From assembly GCA_965230295.1 (NCBI GenBank), contig OZ246001.1:3360001-3424000 (forward strand): a stretch of 64,000 nucleotides of DNA, given 5' to 3'. The DNA comes from Marinicella sp. GTDB lineage: Bacteria > Pseudomonadota > Gammaproteobacteria > Xanthomonadales > Marinicellaceae. A program made the position numbers and the translations under genes. The notes under the pieces were generated by a model, which was not told the DNA's origin, did no database searches, and saw nothing but the letters and a program-made list of their open reading frames with translations. This document shows, one piece after another, positions 19,327 through 29,244 of this stretch; the first letter of the stretch is position 1, and each line of letters begins with the position of its first letter.

Positions 19327-20499
19327 ATGTCCAAGATGAATTCACTAGAACGAAAATCGGCCCTGGCCATTGCATTCATGATTGCATTGCGCATGTATGG
19401 TTTGTTTCTGATCTTGCCTGTGTTTTCTCTTTATGCAGCAAAAATTGAAGCCGCTGACCCTTTCTTAATTGGCTTGGCCATTGGTGTTTATGGGTTGACT
19501 CAGGCGTTGCTGCAAATACCTATGGGCTTCTTGTCTGACCTTTGGGGACGCAAAAAAGTCATGGCATTGGGTTTGTGCTTATTCATAAGTGGTTCTGTAC
19601 TGGCAGCTGTGGCAACTGATATCTATTGGATTATCATAGGCAGATTGGTCCAGGGTATGGGTGCCATCGCTTCGGCAGGCATGGCATTGATTGCAGACGT
19701 GTCACGACCCGAGCAGCGGGGCAAAATGATGGCTGTGGTGGGTAGCAGCATTGGCTTGTCATTCATGCTGGCATTTATTACAGGGCCTGTCTTGGCAGTT
19801 CATATTGGCTTAAATGGATTGTTTTGGTTCACTGCCATCTTGGCCTTCCTGGCCTTGTTGGTGCTCATTTTTGTGGTTTCTGAGCCGGAGAAACTGAAAC
19901 ACCGGGACTTTCACTTTAAAGAGCTGTTGCATTGTATCAGGCAAAAAGAATTGCTGATGTTGGACTCAGGTGTGTTTGCACTTCATGCCAGCATGACGGC
20001 TTTGTTTTTGGTGTTGCCAATGGTTTTGGTTGAACAATTTGGTTTGTCATTGGCCAACCATTGGTACGTGTATTTACCCGTGCTGCTGTTGTCTTTGGGA
20101 ATCATGATTCCGCTCATCATCATGCAGGAAAAAAATAAAAAACACTTACAATTTATGAGTGCCGGATTTTTCATGCTGGCTGTCAGTTTATTCCTGATCA
20201 ATTGGCAACCGTCCAGTCTGTGGTTGTTGGCAGCTTATTTGGTGATGTACTTTGGCCTGTTTAACTATTTAGAAGCAGCGATGCCATCAGCATTGTCTAA
20301 GATTGCCACGGAAAAATACCGGGGTACAGCCATGGGTGCATTTTCAACCAGCCAATTCATTGGTGCATTTGTTGGTGGTGCTGTAGGTGGGTATATACTC
20401 AGTTTTTCCAAGAATGGTGTGCTGTTGGTGATGGCTGGGTTGTTGATCCTGGTGGCAATTTTTGGTGTCATATTGCATGCGCTTAAGAAGCCGGCTTGA
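19327..20499 (+). CDS. MFS transporter (YajR-like); start 19327 or 19336
   Basis: LRMYGLFLILPV, GLAIGVYGLTQALLQIP, LSDLWGRKK (MFS motif A); about 12 TMs. Confidence 0.88.
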   Translation: MSKMNSLERKSALAIAFMIALRMYGLFLILPVFSLYAAKIEAADPFLIGLAIGVYGLTQALLQIPMGFLSDLWGRKKVMALGLCLFISGSVLAAVATDIYWIIIGRLVQGMGAIASAGMALIADVSRPEQRGKMMAVVGSSIGLSFMLAFITGPVLAVHIGLNGLFWFTAILAFLALLVLIFVVSEPEKLKHRDFHFKELLHCIRQKELLMLDSGVFALHASMTALFLVLPMVLVEQFGLSLANHWYVYLPVLLLSLGIMIPLIIMQEKNKKHLQFMSAGFFMLAVSLFLINWQPSSLWLLAAYLVMYFGLFNYLEAAMPSALSKIATEKYRGTAMGAFSTSQFIGAFVGGAVGGYILSFSKNGVLLVMAGLLILVAIFGVILHALKKPA

Positions 20500-20516
20500 G
20501 TTCTTTATGCTGATGA

Positions 20517-21773
20517 TCAGGTGGGTGGTTCAATCAATACTTTACTAATGATGTTGTCTTCTGTGGTCTCCAATATCGTCATGTGATAACCGCTGATGTT
20601 CACAGCCAAATCCTTGGTTGGTAGGTCTTGTAAGTGTTCCGTGATGAGCCCGTTGATGGTGGTGGCTTCTTCAGTGGGTAATGACCACATCAGTCTGCGA
20701 TTCAATGACCGCACAGCGATGCGTCCCTTGACTAAATATTGATTGTCGCCTTGCTTGATGATTTTCAGCCCCCGATCTCCGGGTTCTGAGGTGAATTTAC
20801 CAACAATTTCTTCCAGGATGTCATCCAAAGTCAATAAGCCAACCAGGTCCCCATATTCGTCAACCACCAGACCCATCCGTCGTTCTTTCCTTTGAAATTC
20901 TCTCAATTGAGCAGACAAGCTGGCTGTTTCTGGAACAAAATAGGGCTTGCGTAGAATTCGCTTCAGTTTGTTTTGATCCAGGTTTTGGTTTTTTAACATG
21001 GTTAAAATGGTTCTGATATGTAGTATGCCCAGCACCTGATCAATGTTATCTACATAAACTGGCAGCCTTGTGAGGTAAGTGTTCACCAACTGTTTTTCAA
21101 TGATCTCCCAATCATCATTGATGTTAATGCCTTGTATTTCATTACGAGGAACCATCACATCTTCAATGTTCATGTGATCCAGATTCATCACATTGATCAT
21201 CATTTTTTGATGTACCTCTGGATTGATTAAATCATTTTCGATCACCAGTGTTTTGAGTTCTTCTCTGGACAAAGCTTCTTGCGCAATGTTTTTGGGCACA
21301 CCCATCAGACGCAGTAAGCCATTGGTCATTAAATTGGTCACCCACACCACTGGGTAAAGTAATTTCAGCAGTGGGGTCAATACAAATGAAGCCACGTAGC
21401 CGATTTTTTCCGGGTGCAAAGCTGCATAGGTTTTGGGCGTGACCTCGGAAAAAATTAAAATGGCAAAAGTCAAAAAAGCTGTGCCATAGGCCACCCCTTT
21501 ATCACCCGCAATTTTGATCGCAACAATGGTGGTTAATGCCGTGGCAGCAATGTTGATGAAGTTATTGCCTATGAGAATCAAACCGATGAGGCGATCCGGT
21601 TTTTCTAATAACTTTTTCGCCAGATAAGCGCCTTTTTTGTGCTTGGCATCATTTTTTAATTTGATTCTGTTCAACGCCATCAAAGCGGTTTCTGAGCTTG
21701 AAAAAAAGGCAGATAACAGCAACAGAATTCCGATGGTGATCAGTAGGTAATTTGTGGGGATTTGCTCCAGCAA
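20517..21773 (-). CDS. CNNM/CorB (YfjD) family DUF21-CBS-CorC protein
   Basis: SAFFSSSETAL, LIGNNFIN, FSEVTPKT, VDEYGD, LEEIVG. Confidence 0.92.
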   Translation of the reverse strand: MLEQIPTNYLLITIGILLLLSAFFSSSETALMALNRIKLKNDAKHKKGAYLAKKLLEKPDRLIGLILIGNNFINIAATALTTIVAIKIAGDKGVAYGTAFLTFAILIFSEVTPKTYAALHPEKIGYVASFVLTPLLKLLYPVVWVTNLMTNGLLRLMGVPKNIAQEALSREELKTLVIENDLINPEVHQKMMINVMNLDHMNIEDVMVPRNEIQGININDDWEIIEKQLVNTYLTRLPVYVDNIDQVLGILHIRTILTMLKNQNLDQNKLKRILRKPYFVPETASLSAQLREFQRKERRMGLVVDEYGDLVGLLTLDDILEEIVGKFTSEPGDRGLKIIKQGDNQYLVKGRIAVRSLNRRLMWSLPTEEATTINGLITEHLQDLPTKDLAVNISGYHMTILETTEDNIISKVLIEPPT

Positions 21774-21775
21774 TA

Positions 21776-22528
21776 TTACACCAAATAATCAAGCACGATG
21801 TAACTGCCTAAAAAGCCCAGCATCAACAAGCACATAGCCAATAAGTTGAGTTTGATGGCTGTTCGACCACGCCATCCTTTGGTCAATCGACCGACAATTA
21901 AAATGGCAAACAACACCCATGCCACCAATGAAAAAATAATCTTGTGTCCCATTCCCTCGGATAAAAACCCTTGTACAAAGATGATGCCTGTCACCAGTGA
22001 ACAACTGAGAAACAGCCAACCAAACAAGATCAATTTAAACAGCTTCTCTTCATTTTTAAGCAAACTGTTGATGGTCATGCTTTGTGAAATGAAGACGTTT
22101 TTTTTCATTTGTTTGATTTGCCAACCCAAGATGACCGATACGATGGAAGACACGAACAACAAAGAATAAGCCAATACCGACAACAAGATATGTAAATCAA
22201 TGGCCCACACATAGGGCTTGGACTCAGAATCAAATGGCAGGAAATGTATCCAGGCTATGATACCAATGGCAATCAAGTGCATCAAACTCCTGACCCAAAC
22301 CAGCCTAAAACCAGCGATCAAAACGATGATGTTAGACATCCAACTCACCACCAGACAGGCATTTTGAGCATTGAATGTCCAACCGGTTTCAGACAACAAC
22401 AACTGCCCCGTTATGATGGTTTGTAACAAGCTGGCCAAGATAAACAAAACCACAGAAGACTTATAATTTTTGATGTTGATCAGCGCCAACAAATGAGCCA
22501 CTGCTGTTGCAATGAATAGGTATGTCAT
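21776..22528 (-). CDS. ypjD: YpjD/CcsA-family inner membrane protein (start probably 22528)
   Basis: HILLSVLAYS, HKIIFSLVAW, GWRG, LGFLGS; conserved position divergent from ffh. Confidence 0.82.
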   Translation of the reverse strand: MTYLFIATAVAHLLALINIKNYKSSVVLFILASLLQTIITGQLLLSETGWTFNAQNACLVVSWMSNIIVLIAGFRLVWVRSLMHLIAIGIIAWIHFLPFDSESKPYVWAIDLHILLSVLAYSLLFVSSIVSVILGWQIKQMKKNVFISQSMTINSLLKNEEKLFKLILFGWLFLSCSLVTGIIFVQGFLSEGMGHKIIFSLVAWVLFAILIVGRLTKGWRGRTAIKLNLLAMCLLMLGFLGSYIVLDYLV

Positions 22529-22629
22529 ATTATTGAAGAGGCAATTTTTATTGGCCGTCTCGTTTATATTTGAAGATATTGCCATTATAATAGCAGGTCT
22601 TATTTTTTACCAACAGGATAATCTTCATC

Positions 22630-23988
22630 ATGTTTGAGAATTTGACCGACAGGCTATCGAAAAGCATACAAAAAATCAGAGGGCAGGCCAACCTTTCTGA
22701 AGACAACATCAAAGAAGCTTTGCGTGAAGTCAGGGTGGCTTTATTGGAAGCTGATGTGGCACTGCCAGTGGTTAAGTCTTTCATCGATGATGTGAAAGAA
22801 CGTGCCTTGGGTAAAGAGGTCTTGACCAGCCTGAAACCTGCACAGGTGATGGTGAAAGTGGTTCAGGAAGAATTGGTTAAAGTGTTGGGCGAAGCCACTG
22901 AAGGCATCAACTTCAACGCCCAGCCACCAGTGGTCATTTTGATGGCTGGTTTACAAGGTGCTGGTAAAACCACCACCACCGGTAAATTGGCCAAATTCCT
23001 CAAAGAACGTGAGCAGAAAAAAGTGATGGTGGTTTCAGCGGACGTCTACCGTCCAGCGGCCATCGAACAACTACAAACCGTGGCAGAACAAGTGGGGGCT
23101 GATTGGTTTCCTTCATCAGTGATTGATGATCCGGTGACCATTGGCATGACGGCGTTACAAGCCGCTAAGAAAGGCTATTATGATGTTTTGATTGTTGATA
23201 CCGCTGGTCGCCTGGCTGTTGATGAAGCGATGATGAAAGAAATAAAATCGTTGCAAAACAGCATCAATCCCACAGAGACTTTATTTGTGGTTGATGCCAT
23301 GACCGGTCAAGATGCGGCCAATACGGCCAAAGCCTTTTCTGATGCGCTGGATTTAACCGGTGTGGTTTTAACCAAGGTCGACGGTGATGCAAGAGGTGGT
23401 GCTGCTTTATCGGTCAAAACCATCACTGGTAAACCGATCAAATTCCAGGGTGTGGGCGAAAAAATGGAGGCCTTGGAACCATTTCATCCTGATCGGATTG
23501 CTTCGAGTATCCTTGGCATGGGTGATGTGTTGTCATTGGTTGAAGAGGTTGAGCGTAAGGTTGACAAGAAAGAAGCTGAAAAGCTGGCTAAGAAAGTGGC
23601 CAAAGGCAATAAATTTACGCTAGAAGATTTTCAGTCTCAATTGATACAAATGCAAAACATGGGTGGTATGACTTCAATGTTGGATAAATTGCCGGGTATG
23701 AGCAATTTACCAGATATGGTTAAAGATCAAGTGAATGACAAGCACACCAATCGCATGTTGGCGGTGATTAATTCCATGACCATCAAAGAAAAACGCTATC
23801 CGCAATTGATCAAAGGTTCAAGAAAAAGGCGCATAGCCAATGGTTCAGGAACCACCATACAAGACGTTTCCAAGTTGTTGAAACAATACAACCAAATGCA
23901 AAAAATGATGCGCAAATTCAAAGGCAAAGGCATGATGAAAATGATGCAAAAATTAGGTGGAAAAATGCCTGGTGGCATGCCATTTTAA
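22630..23988 (+). CDS. ffh: signal recognition particle protein
   Basis: MFENLTDRL, GLQGAGKTT, DTAGR, TKVDGDARGGAALS, Met-rich M domain. Confidence 0.99.
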   Translation: MFENLTDRLSKSIQKIRGQANLSEDNIKEALREVRVALLEADVALPVVKSFIDDVKERALGKEVLTSLKPAQVMVKVVQEELVKVLGEATEGINFNAQPPVVILMAGLQGAGKTTTTGKLAKFLKEREQKKVMVVSADVYRPAAIEQLQTVAEQVGADWFPSSVIDDPVTIGMTALQAAKKGYYDVLIVDTAGRLAVDEAMMKEIKSLQNSINPTETLFVVDAMTGQDAANTAKAFSDALDLTGVVLTKVDGDARGGAALSVKTITGKPIKFQGVGEKMEALEPFHPDRIASSILGMGDVLSLVEEVERKVDKKEAEKLAKKVAKGNKFTLEDFQSQLIQMQNMGGMTSMLDKLPGMSNLPDMVKDQVNDKHTNRMLAVINSMTIKEKRYPQLIKGSRKRRIANGSGTTIQDVSKLLKQYNQMQKMMRKFKGKGMMKMMQKLGGKMPGGMPF

Positions 23989-23993
23989 TTGGT

Positions 23994-24707
23994 ATGAGGA
24001 CATTGTTGTGCCTGGTGCTGTTAGGTTGCAGCGCATTTGGAATCACAAAGAAGCCTGACTTGTATCGCTGCCTACAAGCTGATGGCAGCGTGGTGATTCA
24101 AGATCGTCGCTGTCAAGCAACCCATTTGCAGCAAGCCAAGCCTCAGGAGTCTAAGCCTAAGCGTTTAAAACCCATTCCTTCAAAACCTATGGTGAAAAAT
24201 ACCGATCCGGTGAAGGCCATCAACCGGCGGGCACACACAACCAAGGTACAAAAAAATGCCCAACGAAGTCCTTATTTTAACGTTGGGTGGGAACGGTTCA
24301 TTCCTGCCAATTGGCAATTGCAACAAATCAAAACACAACGTTTTGATCAGTTGTTGATGAGTCGTTCGCGTTTTAATGGTCTGAATGATTTCAGGGAAGG
24401 GGTTAAACTTGCGGTTTACGCAGACACTGTGCGTAAACACAGACAAGGTGCCTTTGCTCATGCACTACAACTTTATGAGCGAATACGTGACAATGAGGCC
24501 TATACTCTATTAGACAGCCAATATAAAAATCACCCCAATTATAAAGTATTCAATATCAAATACCTTTTGGGAAATAAAGACTTGGCACTCACTGAGTTTT
24601 ATATTGATGAAACCCACAATGACTTGTTTGTGTTAACAGTTCAAGCCAGAGAGTCCAGTTGGTTACCTCAATGGCAATTTGCAGAACGCATCATCAATCA
24701 ACTGTAG
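23994..24707 (+). CDS. exported protein with N-terminal DUF4124-like motif
   Basis: Signal-like N-terminus; LYRC..ADGSVVIQDRRC; Pro/Lys linker; unknown C-terminal domain. Confidence 0.6.
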   Translation: MRTLLCLVLLGCSAFGITKKPDLYRCLQADGSVVIQDRRCQATHLQQAKPQESKPKRLKPIPSKPMVKNTDPVKAINRRAHTTKVQKNAQRSPYFNVGWERFIPANWQLQQIKTQRFDQLLMSRSRFNGLNDFREGVKLAVYADTVRKHRQGAFAHALQLYERIRDNEAYTLLDSQYKNHPNYKVFNIKYLLGNKDLALTEFYIDETHNDLFVLTVQARESSWLPQWQFAERIINQL

Positions 24708-24722
24708 CTCAAATATACGGCC

Positions 24723-25448
24723 TCACTCGTGAATGCCACATTCTCTTTTCAGACCAAAAAACCTCAACTCTTCTATTTGATCCACTTCATGGATGGATTT
24801 GGTTGAGTGCTTATCTCCGACTGTTATGTACCCTTGATCATACAAAGGGTGCTGGGGCAACCCATGTTGTTTCATATACAGGTACATGTCACGGTCACTC
24901 CAGTCTAAGATGGGATGAATTTTGTAGCGCTCCTGTTTGGTGGTGACCCAAGGTAGGCTTTGTCGATGCTCAGACTGACTGCGTCTGACTCCAGAAAACC
25001 AACTGTTTACTTTGAGTGATGACAGGGCGTGTTCTAAAGGCTGAACTTTCCGCAGTTGGTTGTATTGTTCAATACCAGTCAGTCCAGATAGCCACAATTG
25101 GCCATGTTGACTTTCAAACCTGGCGGTTGAGACCGGACTTTGGTGAACTTCTAAGTTCAAGCCCAATAACTCAGTTAGTTGATCAACGTATTGATAGGTT
25201 TCGTTGAATAGGTAACCCGTATCAATCAGAATCACGGGAATTCCCGGAATCACTTGGTTGATCAAATGTAAACTGACGGCAGCATCTATGCCAAAACTGG
25301 AAGTCATGGCATAGTTTTCCGGCAAGTAAGCAGCTGCTTGTTCAATGCGTTCAATGGCACTGAGTTCTGCAAAACCACGATTCATGTGGTCTATGCAGTG
25401 GTATGCAGGTCGTTTGTTGGGTTCTATTTTTAAGCAGTTGTTGTTCAT
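24723..25448 (-). CDS. cysH: phosphoadenylyl-sulfate reductase (start probably 25448)
   Basis: SSFG, DTGYLF, RKVQPL, SGVRRSQS, GYITVGD, C-terminal RECGIH. Confidence 0.95.
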   Translation of the reverse strand: MNNNCLKIEPNKRPAYHCIDHMNRGFAELSAIERIEQAAAYLPENYAMTSSFGIDAAVSLHLINQVIPGIPVILIDTGYLFNETYQYVDQLTELLGLNLEVHQSPVSTARFESQHGQLWLSGLTGIEQYNQLRKVQPLEHALSSLKVNSWFSGVRRSQSEHRQSLPWVTTKQERYKIHPILDWSDRDMYLYMKQHGLPQHPLYDQGYITVGDKHSTKSIHEVDQIEELRFFGLKRECGIHE

Positions 25449-25458
25449 TTGGCAGCCT

Positions 25459-27174
25459 CTACGCTTGTTTGATGTTGACTTCAATGCCATGTTTAACCGC
25501 ATCTACATATCCTTGTCTGACCACAAAATCACCAAAGTCCTCACCAGTTTGACCCGCTTGGGCATAGTGGCCTAATAATTGCTCTAAGTGCTCCAGGATA
25601 CTGGCTTCGTTGATGTTTTCTGCAAACAGTTGGTTTAAGCGTGTGCCATTTTTACGGCCTCCTAAATACATGTTGTAACGCCCCAAAGCTTTACCCACAA
25701 AACCAATTTCTGCAATGAAGGGGCGGGCACAACCATTGGGACATCCAGTCATTCTGACCATGATGCCTCTGTCTGCGATGCCATGTTTTTGTTGTATGTG
25801 TTCAATGTCAGTGATCAAGTCAGGTAAATACCGCTCTGCCTCTGCCATGGCTAAAGTGCAAGTTGGGAATGCCACACAAGCCATTGACAATTGACGGGTG
25901 GCTGAAATGTGATCTACCAAATTGAATTGGGCCAACAGTTGTTCGATTTCGACTTTGTTTTGCTCAGGAATTTTGGCAATGATTAAATTCTGATTGGCTG
26001 TTAACCTGAAGTCACCTTGATGTACCTTTGCAATGGCTCTTAGGGCTGACCTGACTCTGGAGTCATCGTCATCTTTAACGCGGCCATTGGCGATAAAAAG
26101 GGTGTGATTCCAGCTGCCATCTTCATTTTGCCGCCAGCCAAACCGATCGCCGTTGTGAGTAAAGGTTACAGGGTGAGGCGCATCCAATGCAAACCCCGAT
26201 CGATCGGTCAATTGGGCTCGAACCCAATCAACACCGTGGTCATCAACCGTGTATTTAAAGCGTGCATGTTTGCGGTTGGTGCGGTCGCCATGATCTCTTT
26301 GAATCTTGACTATATTTTCAGCCACAGCCAAAACCTGTTCGGGTAAGCAGAAGCCCAGAGTGTGAGCCAACAGAGGGAATGTTTTGGGGTCACCATGGGT
26401 GGAGCCCATACCGCCACCAACAGTGACATTAAAGCCCAGTAGCTTCTGGTCTTTGATGATGGCCACAAACCCCAAATCATGAGCCAGTACATCGACATCG
26501 TTGTCTGGTGGAATGACCACTGCTGTCTTGAATTTTCTGGGCAAGTAAGTCTTTCCATATATGGGCTCATGATCAACTTTGGGTTCTGTGACCACCTTTT
26601 CTCCATCCAGCCAAATTTCATGGTAAGCAGATGTTTGTGGGGTTAAATGATCACTGATGGCAGTGGCCACTTTAAAGACTTGATCATGCACCTCAGACAG
26701 TTCAGGGTTGGCAGTACACATCACGTTGCGATTGACATCCCCACAGGCGGCTATGGTGTCCATTAGCTGTTGGTTGATGGCAGCGACAGTGCGCTTGAGC
26801 TTGTTCTTAATCACGCCATGAAACTGAAAAGCTTGTCGGGTGGTGATGCGAATTGATCCATTGGCATACCGGTCGGCCATGTCGTCTATGGCCACCCATT
26901 GTTGCGGTGTGCAAATGCCGCCAGGAACCCTGGCCCTGATCATGAAACTGTAGAGGGGTTCTAATTTTTGTTTGCTCCGTTCTTTGCGTAAGTCGCGGTC
27001 ATCTTGCTGGTATATGCCGTGAAACTTTGTTAATTGAGTGTCACTTTCAGTGATTGATCCTGTGACGTCGTTGAGTAACTCTGTGGCGATGGTGCCACGC
27101 AGGTAATTACTGTCGTCTTTGATGAGTTCAACGGCCTCTAATTTTTGTTGTTCAGTGTTCATATCAGTAGACAT
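25459..27174 (-). CDS. cysI: sulfite reductase hemoprotein subunit
   Basis: KFHGIYQQDDRD, ACGDVNRN, YLPRKFK, ACVAFPTC, TGCPNGC. Confidence 0.97.
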   Translation of the reverse strand: MSTDMNTEQQKLEAVELIKDDSNYLRGTIATELLNDVTGSITESDTQLTKFHGIYQQDDRDLRKERSKQKLEPLYSFMIRARVPGGICTPQQWVAIDDMADRYANGSIRITTRQAFQFHGVIKNKLKRTVAAINQQLMDTIAACGDVNRNVMCTANPELSEVHDQVFKVATAISDHLTPQTSAYHEIWLDGEKVVTEPKVDHEPIYGKTYLPRKFKTAVVIPPDNDVDVLAHDLGFVAIIKDQKLLGFNVTVGGGMGSTHGDPKTFPLLAHTLGFCLPEQVLAVAENIVKIQRDHGDRTNRKHARFKYTVDDHGVDWVRAQLTDRSGFALDAPHPVTFTHNGDRFGWRQNEDGSWNHTLFIANGRVKDDDDSRVRSALRAIAKVHQGDFRLTANQNLIIAKIPEQNKVEIEQLLAQFNLVDHISATRQLSMACVAFPTCTLAMAEAERYLPDLITDIEHIQQKHGIADRGIMVRMTGCPNGCARPFIAEIGFVGKALGRYNMYLGGRKNGTRLNQLFAENINEASILEHLEQLLGHYAQAGQTGEDFGDFVVRQGYVDAVKHGIEVNIKQA

Positions 27175-28993
27175 CCTTTTGATAGCGGTTGTTGCGTATG
27201 AGGTTTTTTAGGTGTTGTTTGGCTTCTTCAGCAGACAAAGAACTTTGTGTGCTGATGATTTCCAGTAGGGTGTTTTCTACATCTTTGGCCATTCGGGTGG
27301 CGTCACCGCACAAATAAATATGGGCCCCTTGTTCTAACCAATGCCAAAGTTCGCTGGCTTTCGATTTTAATTTATCTTGTACATAGACTTTGTGGTCCTG
27401 GTCTCTTGAAAAAGCGACATCCAGTTGTTGTAAAAAGCCTGACTTTTGAAGTTTCAACCATTCTGTTTGGTATAAAAAGTCAGTGCTGAAATGCGGGTTG
27501 CCAAACACCAGCCAATTCTTGCCATTGGCTTGTTGGTGCTGACGTTGTTGAAGAAAAGAGCGGAATGGGGCAATGCCGGTCCCTGGACCAATCATGATGA
27601 TGGGGGTTTCAGGGTCGTCAGGCAATCTGAAATTGGCATTGGGTTCAACATACACTGAGACTTGATCACCCACTTGGGCCCCGTGACACAGCAAGCCACT
27701 GGCCAGCCCATAATGTCCTAGCGCTGTGGCCTCTTCAAGATTGATGGTGAGGTGCAATTCATCTTCTTCAATGCTTTGTGCTGAAGCGATCGAGTACAAG
27801 CGTGGAGTGATGCTTTTTAAATTCAATAAACTGTCTTGGATAGAAACTTTACGTTCAGGATCAAATGTAAGTAATAAATCCAGTAACTGATGATCCTGAC
27901 AGTAATCGGTATAGGCTTGATGAGAATTTGCCATGGCTTGCAGTTCCGTGTTGTTGATCTGGGTCGCTAAATACTGTACAAAGGGTTTGCTGATCTGAGT
28001 GATCTCGATGTGTTCAGTCAGCAGTTTTTTTACCTTTTCATTGTGGTTTTTGAAAGAGAGTTCTTCGTCGCCTTCCAGACCCCAGTGTTGCAATAGTTGC
28101 TCAACAGATTCATCACCATTGTGGGCCCAAACACCCAAAGAGTCACCTGGCTTGTATTGAATCACATTGGGATCAATAGCAAGTTCTAAATGAAAAGTGT
28201 TTTTGTCAGAACCCCTGCCAGTTATTTTTTGAATGGTTAAGATTTCTGCCAAATAAGGTTTTTGTTTAGAGGCCAATGTGTTTCCAGGTGCGTCTGCCAA
28301 GCCATGCAAAGGTAAAGCAGTGATGTTATTGGCATCGGGATTTTCTTGCTTAAGTTCTGATTCAATTTTGGGTAACAAGCCAGTGATCCATTGATTGGCA
28401 GGCTCTTCAAAATCGACATCACAATCAATGCGTTCATGAATCTGTGTTGCACCCAACTCACTCAACCTTTGATCAATTTCTTTACCAGTTTGACAATACA
28501 ACTCATAGCTGCTGTCACCCAATGCCAAAACACTGTATTTAATGGCAGATAAATCAGGTGCTTTGTTGCTGAATATTTGCTCATAAAATTGTTCCGCATC
28601 ATCAGGTGCTTCACCTTCACCATGGGTACTGATCACCAAAGATATGTGGGTTTTTTTGGCTAATTGTTTGGCTGTGATGTCTGCCAGTGAAAACAGCTCA
28701 GTTGCCAGACCTAAGGCCTCAGCTTGTGACTGGAGGTTCTTGGCCACGGATTCACCGTTGCCCGTTTGGCTGCCAAAAAGAATGGTTAATTTGTCTTTGT
28801 TGGCCCCTTTTTCCGATGTTATAACAGGCGTTGTCCCTGTGTTTGTAACACGTGCGGAAGCGGCTAAAAATCCTGACAACCAGAGCTTTTGGTCGGGATC
28901 TAATTGGTCCAGCAAGACATTCAATTGTTGCCATTGTTGGCTGTTGGTTTTGTTTTCAGGCCATTGCAACATGGCCAAAGTATTTAAGTTCAC
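27164..28993 (-). CDS. cysJ: sulfite reductase flavoprotein subunit
   Basis: GSQTGNG flavodoxin loop, STHGEGE, RLYSIAS, GPGTGIAPFRSF, YQKDVY; GTG start. Confidence 0.96.
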   Translation of the reverse strand: MNLNTLAMLQWPENKTNSQQWQQLNVLLDQLDPDQKLWLSGFLAASARVTNTGTTPVITSEKGANKDKLTILFGSQTGNGESVAKNLQSQAEALGLATELFSLADITAKQLAKKTHISLVISTHGEGEAPDDAEQFYEQIFSNKAPDLSAIKYSVLALGDSSYELYCQTGKEIDQRLSELGATQIHERIDCDVDFEEPANQWITGLLPKIESELKQENPDANNITALPLHGLADAPGNTLASKQKPYLAEILTIQKITGRGSDKNTFHLELAIDPNVIQYKPGDSLGVWAHNGDESVEQLLQHWGLEGDEELSFKNHNEKVKKLLTEHIEITQISKPFVQYLATQINNTELQAMANSHQAYTDYCQDHQLLDLLLTFDPERKVSIQDSLLNLKSITPRLYSIASAQSIEEDELHLTINLEEATALGHYGLASGLLCHGAQVGDQVSVYVEPNANFRLPDDPETPIIMIGPGTGIAPFRSFLQQRQHQQANGKNWLVFGNPHFSTDFLYQTEWLKLQKSGFLQQLDVAFSRDQDHKVYVQDKLKSKASELWHWLEQGAHIYLCGDATRMAKDVENTLLEIISTQSSLSAEEAKQHLKNLIRNNRYQKDVY

Positions 28994-29036
28994 AGTGACA
29001 AGTATGTTTAAAGTTCCTGGAAGTTTAGACGGCTAA

Positions 29037-29100
29037 ATCATACTTGTGAACTGCAATAAATCTATATGCTTATAGCTTTTAGTTATTTGAGAATAAATGC
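29037..29100 (-). promoter_or_regulatory. cysJ promoter with candidate CysB (LysR) site
   Basis: Minus strand -10 TATGAT (29042-29037), weak -35, upstream AT-rich TTATTCTCAAATAACTAAAAGCTATAAGCATAT resembling CysB boxes. Confidence 0.45.
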
Positions 29101-29244
29101 GGTGCAATCTTATGCGTTCCCAGCTGAGGTAGCGCACTTCATTGATTGGCTTAATAGGTTGTTGGTATATCGCATGAGCAGGCGGCAGCAGCGAAGTGTG
29201 TTGCCAACCACCCGAGGTTGCCTCAGGTGGTTGCTAAGTTCGAT

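Noticed and set aside
29175-29195. SRP 4.5S RNA (CAGG...AGCAGC) near ffh
   Set aside because: Lacks the GNRA-capped helix between CAGG and AGCA
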